Positions 58,569 to 64,000 of a stretch of DNA of 64,000 nt are shown here, piece by piece (position 1 is the stretch's first letter; every line of letters starts with the position of its first letter). The notes below the pieces were generated by a model. It was given only the letters and a program-made list of their open reading frames with translations, was not told the DNA's origin and did no database searches. The position numbers and the translations under genes were made by a program. The stretch is taken from the NCBI GenBank assembly GCA_963770955.1, contig CAVYRK010000011.1:650745-714744 (forward strand), in the 5' to 3' direction. The stretch comes from an uncultured Actinomycetota bacterium. GTDB lineage: Bacteria > Actinomycetota > UBA4738.

Positions 58569-58586
58569 CACCAGCGTTTCCGCCGA

Positions 58587-60572
58587 CTACTCGACCCGGG
58601 AACGCGGAGCGCGCGCCGAGCTCCACAGCAGCACCGCCCAGGCGGGAACGGCCGCCACGGCAAGCGCGACCCAGCCCCCGGCTCCGGACAGGCGCAGCCC
58701 GGCGCCGTCGACGAGGACGGACGCCAGCATCAGAGCGGCGAACCCGAACGCCGGGGCCAGTGCCCAACGGAGGCGTCCGGCGTTCCGGTCGAGCACCAGC
58801 GCCGTGAAGGGCCACCCGGCGACCGACGCGATCGCGAGCAGCAGCGCGGATGCCCACACGGGAAGCCACGGCGACTGCGGGCCGGAGCCGACGCCGCTCG
58901 CGGACGAGGTCGCCGCGATGGGCGCGGACCCCGGCAACACGACGACGCCGGGCGCGATCCGCTTCGCGTCGGGAACGGAGAGCGCGCGCTGGAAGGAGAC
59001 CGGATCGAAGGCGCGGACCGCGACGACGAGCGGGCGCGAGCTCAGGTTCCGAATCGTCTCCAACGAGCTGCGCGAGTAGGCGTCGTGCTCGGGTTGTCCG
59101 GTGATCGTCGGACGGGAGGCCAGGAAGTCCTCCGGCGTGCCCAGGAACACGTGCACCCGGCCCGCGGCGGCGGGCGGGACCGCACCGCGGAGGTCGTTCA
59201 TGTACCGGATGAGGCCGATCGTCGGGGTCGAGGTGCGATCGTCCATCACCACGACCAGCGGCGTCCCCGGCGGCGTCCCGGCCAGCGCGACCGCGGCCGC
59301 ACGGGCATCGGTCAGCACGGCAGGCGAGTCGAGCGGCCGTGCGCCGAGCCACCGCGACCAGGCGAGCACCAGGAAGAGCACGGCGCCGGCGGCGGCAGCG
59401 ACACGCCACGCGCCCGCGCGCGGCCGTCGCCACATCGCGGCGAGCCCGACGCCTGCCAGCAGGGGCAGTGCCAGACAGGTCGCTGCGAGTCGCTGTCCCG
59501 GGACGGAGGTCCCGGCCAGGAGGACCGCCACACCGGCGCCGGCAGCCGCAACCCATGCGATCGCCGCCCCCCAGAGGAAGCGCGCCCGCTCGGTCCGCCA
59601 GGCCGCGCCCGCCTCCTTGCGGCCGAGCAGCGGCGTCGCCGCCAACCCGAGCACCACCAGCACGCGGTACCAGGCGAAGTCGTGGGTCAGCTTCCTCGTG
59701 TAGGACGAGCGCAGGAGCGAGCTTCGTCCGGCGTTCCGCAGGATCGCGTCGCGGGACGTCACCACCGCGCTGCCGGCGAACCCGCCCGAGAGCGCCAGGC
59801 CGCCGGGAACCAGGATCGCTCCGGCGAGGCCGCCCGCGCCGACCCGTGCCGCCCCGGTCGACCGCAAGGGCGCGCCGCGACGAAGCGCCCGGGCGGCGAT
59901 CGGGAGGAGCGCGACGATGCCGCCGGCGACAACGGCGCCGGCCAGGCCGAGCAGCAGGGGGTGGGCCAATCCGGCGGCCAGGATGAGCGCGGCAGCGCAC
60001 ACGACCGGCGCGTTGGCTCGCCGTGCATCCGGCGCGGCGCCGTCCGCCGACGCATCGGTCGTGGTGAGCGACGACGCCATGCACGCCAACGCGGCGACGA
60101 ACGCGGTCAGGAACGCGAACGTCGACAGGTAGCCGTCGGCGAGCAACGTCAGGTACGAGCCGGCGAAGACGGCGACCAGGAGGAACCGCGGGCGATCGGC
60201 GCCGAGGGCGAGCTCCGACACGGCGCCCGCCGCCAACCCAGTGGCGGCGGCGAGCGCGGGAATCGCGGCGGCGACGACGCCGGCTGCCGGCGCAGTCGTC
60301 ACTCGGGAGAGCGTGGCCACCAGGCCGACCGATCCCGGGCGGGTGCCCGTGCCGAGCGGTCCCATCCCGAGCGCGCCGCCGACGCGGGCCCACCAGGCGT
60401 AGACGGGAGCGTCCGATCCGATGGTCACGTGCAGGCCGAACAGCGGGTAGACGATCACGTAGGCAAGCACCAACGCCGCGCCGACGACGACGGCCGGCCA
60501 GGCATCGTTCCAGACGGGCGCGGGAGCCGGCCGCACGGGGGTTCGCTCCGCCAGCCTGGACATGGGGACCAC
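58587..60572 (-). CDS. Large polytopic membrane protein, GT-C-like candidate (paralogue 1)
   Basis: 661 aa with more than 10 hydrophobic segments and a soluble loop 'RVHVFLGTPEDFLASRPT'. Last gene of the sqdB cluster. Confidence 0.6.
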   Translation of the reverse strand: MVPMSRLAERTPVRPAPAPVWNDAWPAVVVGAALVLAYVIVYPLFGLHVTIGSDAPVYAWWARVGGALGMGPLGTGTRPGSVGLVATLSRVTTAPAAGVVAAAIPALAAATGLAAGAVSELALGADRPRFLLVAVFAGSYLTLLADGYLSTFAFLTAFVAALACMASSLTTTDASADGAAPDARRANAPVVCAAALILAAGLAHPLLLGLAGAVVAGGIVALLPIAARALRRGAPLRSTGAARVGAGGLAGAILVPGGLALSGGFAGSAVVTSRDAILRNAGRSSLLRSSYTRKLTHDFAWYRVLVVLGLAATPLLGRKEAGAAWRTERARFLWGAAIAWVAAAGAGVAVLLAGTSVPGQRLAATCLALPLLAGVGLAAMWRRPRAGAWRVAAAAGAVLFLVLAWSRWLGARPLDSPAVLTDARAAAVALAGTPPGTPLVVVMDDRTSTPTIGLIRYMNDLRGAVPPAAAGRVHVFLGTPEDFLASRPTITGQPEHDAYSRSSLETIRNLSSRPLVVAVRAFDPVSFQRALSVPDAKRIAPGVVVLPGSAPIAATSSASGVGSGPQSPWLPVWASALLLAIASVAGWPFTALVLDRNAGRLRWALAPAFGFAALMLASVLVDGAGLRLSGAGGWVALAVAAVPAWAVLLWSSARAPRSRVE

Positions 60573-60573
60573 T

Positions 60574-62648
60574 CTATGTCCCCGCCCGGCGGCTCAGGCC
60601 GCGGGGAACGCCTCCCAGCCGTCCCGCCGGAGGCGCCGCGCGGCGAGCAGCCGCGCCCACCACCAGGGGAACGAGGACGGCGGCAGCGCCCCCCGCGCCG
60701 CGCAGCCGCATCCCCAGGACGGAGTCGAGCAGCACGCCCGTCAGCAGGATCGCTGCGATGCCGAAGGCCGGCGCGAGCGCCATCGCCTCGAAGCCCCGCG
60801 TTCGGGCCGGCAGCAGCGCAGAGGGCCCAGCCGATCCCCGTCAGGAACAGCAGGACGATGGTGCCGACGCCGTACACCACGCCGGCCAGGGGATTGCTGA
60901 GATCGGCCGGGATCGCGGTCGCCGCGACGGTCACGCCCGGCTTGCCTCCGCCCAGCGCGATGACGCCCGGCCCGACGACCCACTCGGGGTGCGCGGCGGC
61001 GATCCGTGCGTACGCCGGGTTGTATTCCTGCAGGAGCAACGCGATCGGATGCTGCGGCAGCACATCGGCGATGCCGGGCCAGTACGCACCCTCGGCGGAG
61101 TCATACGTGGAGTCCTGAGGCCGGTACGTCGGCTTGCCCGCGGCGTAGTTCTCCGGCGTTCCCAGATAGACGTGCACGCTCTGCATCCGATCGGGCGACA
61201 GCACCGACCGCATCACGTAGGTCATCTCGGGCAGGTTCGACCGCGGGCTCGCCTTGTCGAAGACGTAGACGACGGGCGCCGTCGCGGGGACGCCGGCGGC
61301 ATCCAGGTACGCGCTCGCCGTCGCGGAGTCCCGCACCTTCGCGACCGTGAGCCATTCGGCGCCGCGGCGGTGCACGATCTGCACGTACAGATCGAACCCG
61401 CCGAGCAACGTGAGAATTGCCACGCCGGCGACGGCCACGGTGAACCCGGTTCGGCGCGACGCCCGTGGGTCGCTGCGAGCCGCACGCCGCTCGGCCAGGC
61501 CGGCGATCCCGATCACGCCCACCGCCACCAGGAGGGGGAGCGGGAGGAAAAACGCCAGGAATCGGTGGGCCGGCAGGTTCAAACCGGCCACGAACGCGAC
61601 GAGCATGACCACGGTCACGGCGCCCCACGCGATCGACACGCGCAGCAGGAACCCCATCGCGACGCGCGTCTCGCGCCGGTCGGGGTCCGCGCCCGCGCCT
61701 CGGGCGAGCGGCACGCGCTTCCACCCCGCGGCCGCCGCCGCCCCAATCGCCGCCAGCGGAATCGTGAGCGGGAACCAGTACAGGGAGAGGTCCTCCCGGA
61801 GCTTGATCACGAACTGACTCCGGACCTGGTGGGGCGTGTTGGGGGCGGTGCGGAGCAGCCCGAGGATGGTCACGGCGGGAACGGCGACGGCCGCGACCAC
61901 CACAGTGGCCAGGCGGCCCGTCGGCGTCGCGCCTGCCGTCGTTCGTCCCCGCTCGCCAGGCTCGATACGACTCCGGCGCGTAGGTGAGGGCGACCAGGCC
62001 CAGCACACCGACGAACAGCGCGAACAGCGGACCGTGCGCGACGCCCGCGGTGCCGATCAACAGGGCCGCCGCGAGGAACCCGCGCCCATCCCGCAGGTAG
62101 GAGAGCGCCGGCAGCAGGCCGGCCGTCACCAGGGCCATCGCCGTCATGCTGTCGCTGTACGTCTCCGGGAGGTAGAGCCGGACGACCATCGCGGAGACGC
62201 CGACCACGATGGCGGCCAGGCCGAAGGTCCAGCGGTCGCCGTGCAGGCTCCAGGAGAGGAATGCCCCCGCTGCCAGGGCGATGGCGATGGCGACGCTGGG
62301 TGGGACCGTGGCGGCCGTCACGAACGTGGAGGTGTGCAGCGCGCCGGCCAGCGACAGCACCAGGACCGGGAATCCGGCTCTGCTGGCCAGCGTGCTCGAG
62401 GGGAAGGGGAGAGAGGTCGGGACGTGGGTCAGCCCTCGCGTCGCGACCAGACCGACCTGGTCGAGGTAGCGGGGCGTGTCCCACCCGACCGGCATGGGGA
62501 AGCGCCCGATCGCGTAGATCCCATAGAGGAACAGCGCGATGGCGCCCGACGCCACGACGACGGTCAGGAACCCGGGCACATGTCCGCGCCAGGGAGACCC
62601 TTGCTCAGGACGCGCGCGGGCGCCGGCCCGGCGGTCTTGGGTACGCAC
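60574..62648 (-). pseudogene. Large polytopic membrane protein, paralogue 2, two frame breaks (about 61950 and about 60790)
   Basis: Stitched from ORFs 61101..62648, 60455..62008 and 60574..60783. Shares 'VHVYLGTPENYAAGKPT' and the C-terminal 'LAPAFG.AA..L..VL.D' with paralogue 1. Confidence 0.55.
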
Positions 62649-62657
62649 CAGGGAACG

Positions 62658-63708
62658 CTACCGCAGCCAGGTCTTGAAGATGGCCTTCGTGAAGTGCCAG
62701 GCGTACTTGAGCGTCTTCGGCTTCTTCGACTCGCCGTCCGGCACGGGCCCGGATCGTGATGGGCACCTCGCGGATGCGCAGCCGCATCCGCATGCCCTCG
62801 ATCAGCAGCTCCGACGCCCAGAACTGGTCCTGGTCCAGCTTCAGCCGGCGCAGCACGTCGGCGCGGATGGCGCGGTAGCCGTTCGACACGTCGGTGATGC
62901 GCGACCCGGTCATCAGGGTGACGACCCAAGAGAAGAAGTGCACCCCGACGTGGCGGATGACGCTCTCGCGCTCGAACTCGCCCAGGACGCGCGACCCGTT
63001 CACCAGGTCGGCATCGCCCTCCAGGATCGGCTTGACCAGCAGCGGCATCTCGTCGGCCACGTGCTGCCCGTCGGCGTCCATGGTCACCAGGACGACGGCG
63101 TTCAGGTGGCGCCCGATCTCGTAGCCCACGCGCAGCGCGAACCCGCCCCCACGGCGGATCAGCAGCCGGGCGACGTATGCGCCGGCCTTCCTGGCCACGT
63201 CCGCCGTGCCGTCCTCCGAGCCGTCGTCCACCACGATGGGCACCACCGGATACCCCTCGAGCGTCGACGGCAGCGAGTGGATGACCGCCGAGAGGTTCTC
63301 CGCCTCGTTGTGCGCCGGCATGATCACGACCACCGACTCGCCTTCGGGCAGCTGCGCCGACACCCGTTCCCAGTCGAACGCCTGCACCGTCAGCGCCTCG
63401 ACCAGCGCGCGCACCGACGAGTTCGCGCGGTCGGCCGCGCCCATCGTCTGGACCAGCATGATGAACAGGACGATCGTCGCGAAGATCAGCAGGCCCAGGA
63501 GCCGCCGGCCGCCGCCCTGCCGGAAGTGGAAGGCGTCGAACGCGGGGTTGTACACGGCCGGCGAGATGGCCAGGACCATGACGCCGATCGTGACCACGCC
63601 CGTGACGATCAGGCTGAGCCGCGAGATGGTGCGGCGCTGATACCGGCGGATCGAGACGACGAACAGGAACAGGGCGGCCAGGCCGCCCACGATTCGCAGC
63701 CCGATCAT
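62658..63708 (-). pseudogene. Membrane-anchored family-2 glycosyltransferase (polyprenol-phosphate glycosyltransferase-like), frame broken near 62742
   Basis: N-terminal TM helices. 'VVIMPAHNEAENL...VVDDGSEDGT...DADGQH...NGYRA'. The expected tail 'DGESKKPKTLKYAWHFTKAIFKTWLR*' is in another frame, with its stop at 62658. Confidence 0.8.
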
Positions 63709-63769
63709 CCGGCCCCCATCCCGATCACGGCTCCAGTCTTACACCGATCGCCGCCCGCGCACGGGAAGC

Positions 63770-64000
63770 TCAGCCGGAGACCGGCTGGACCCGCCCGCGC
63801 CATGTCGTCCTCGGCATGATCGCGTCGGTGATCACCCGGTCCCGGTGCCGCTCGATCACGCCGAACATCGACTCGACCAGCGTCTCGGAGAGTAGGTGCG
63901 GCTGGAGGCCCAGCTCCATCAGCTTGGTGTGCGCGGCGTTGTAGTAGTGGTCCTCCAACTCCACTCGCGGGTTCTCGAGGTGCTCGATCGCGACGTCCAG
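63770..64000 (-). CDS. sqdB: UDP-sulfoquinovose synthase, C-terminal part (5' end outside window)
   Basis: '[38 protein letters not shown]...[13 protein letters not shown]' closely tracks the plant/cyanobacterial SQD1/SqdB C-terminus ('[31 protein letters not shown]'). Confidence 0.8.
   Translation of the reverse strand: [76 protein letters not shown]

Overview
The window is a high-GC bacterial chromosomal segment (about two-thirds G+C by eye). Gene content looks actinobacterium-like, but the taxon cannot be determined from this sequence alone. All family assignments come from motifs I recognise in the supplied translations; no database search was run.

Gene content:
- I can support about 75 protein genes.
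- The left end carries a sulfate ABC transporter (binding protein, cysT, cysW, cysA) followed by an Rrf2 regulator.
- Next come cspA, a hemolysin-III family gene, and divergent corA and mgtA.
- A central accessory-looking stretch (about 17.6-35 kb) encodes secreted beta-propeller proteins (Kelch, PD40, SBBP), an ECF sigma factor, a DedA-PAP2 fusion, gene fragments and low-GC pockets.
- The right half is housekeeping: a cyclic-2,3-diphosphoglycerate (cDPG)-synthetase-like gene plus carbamate kinase, a CoA-transferase, plsC, glpK, pfk, amt, panE, ltaE, pknB, and a TPP riboswitch leading thiG-thiH-thiS::thiE.
- The right edge holds a minus-strand cluster: a partial UDP-sulfoquinovose synthase (sqdB), a membrane glycosyltransferase family 2 (GT2) enzyme, and two paralogous giant polytopic membrane proteins.
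- I found no rRNA, no convincing tRNA, no CRISPR array and no transposase or integrase.

Most notable observations:
1. About 30 reading-frame breaks, several in normally essential genes. They are either assembly indels or real gene decay, and I cannot tell which.
2. Rearrangement scars: an ABC-ATPase::GNAT chimeric ORF, and a cluster of gene fragments at 23.6-24.7 kb.
3. A C/G-rich element of about 120-150 bp present in inverted copies at 23.9 and 35.1 kb, with a partial third copy at 26.2 kb, tied to promoter-like sequences.
4. Two related Cys-rich small ORFs in low-GC pockets.
5. The sqdB-led cluster, which is my best candidate for an undescribed envelope sulfoglycosylation system.
6. An in-frame ThiS-ThiE fusion.
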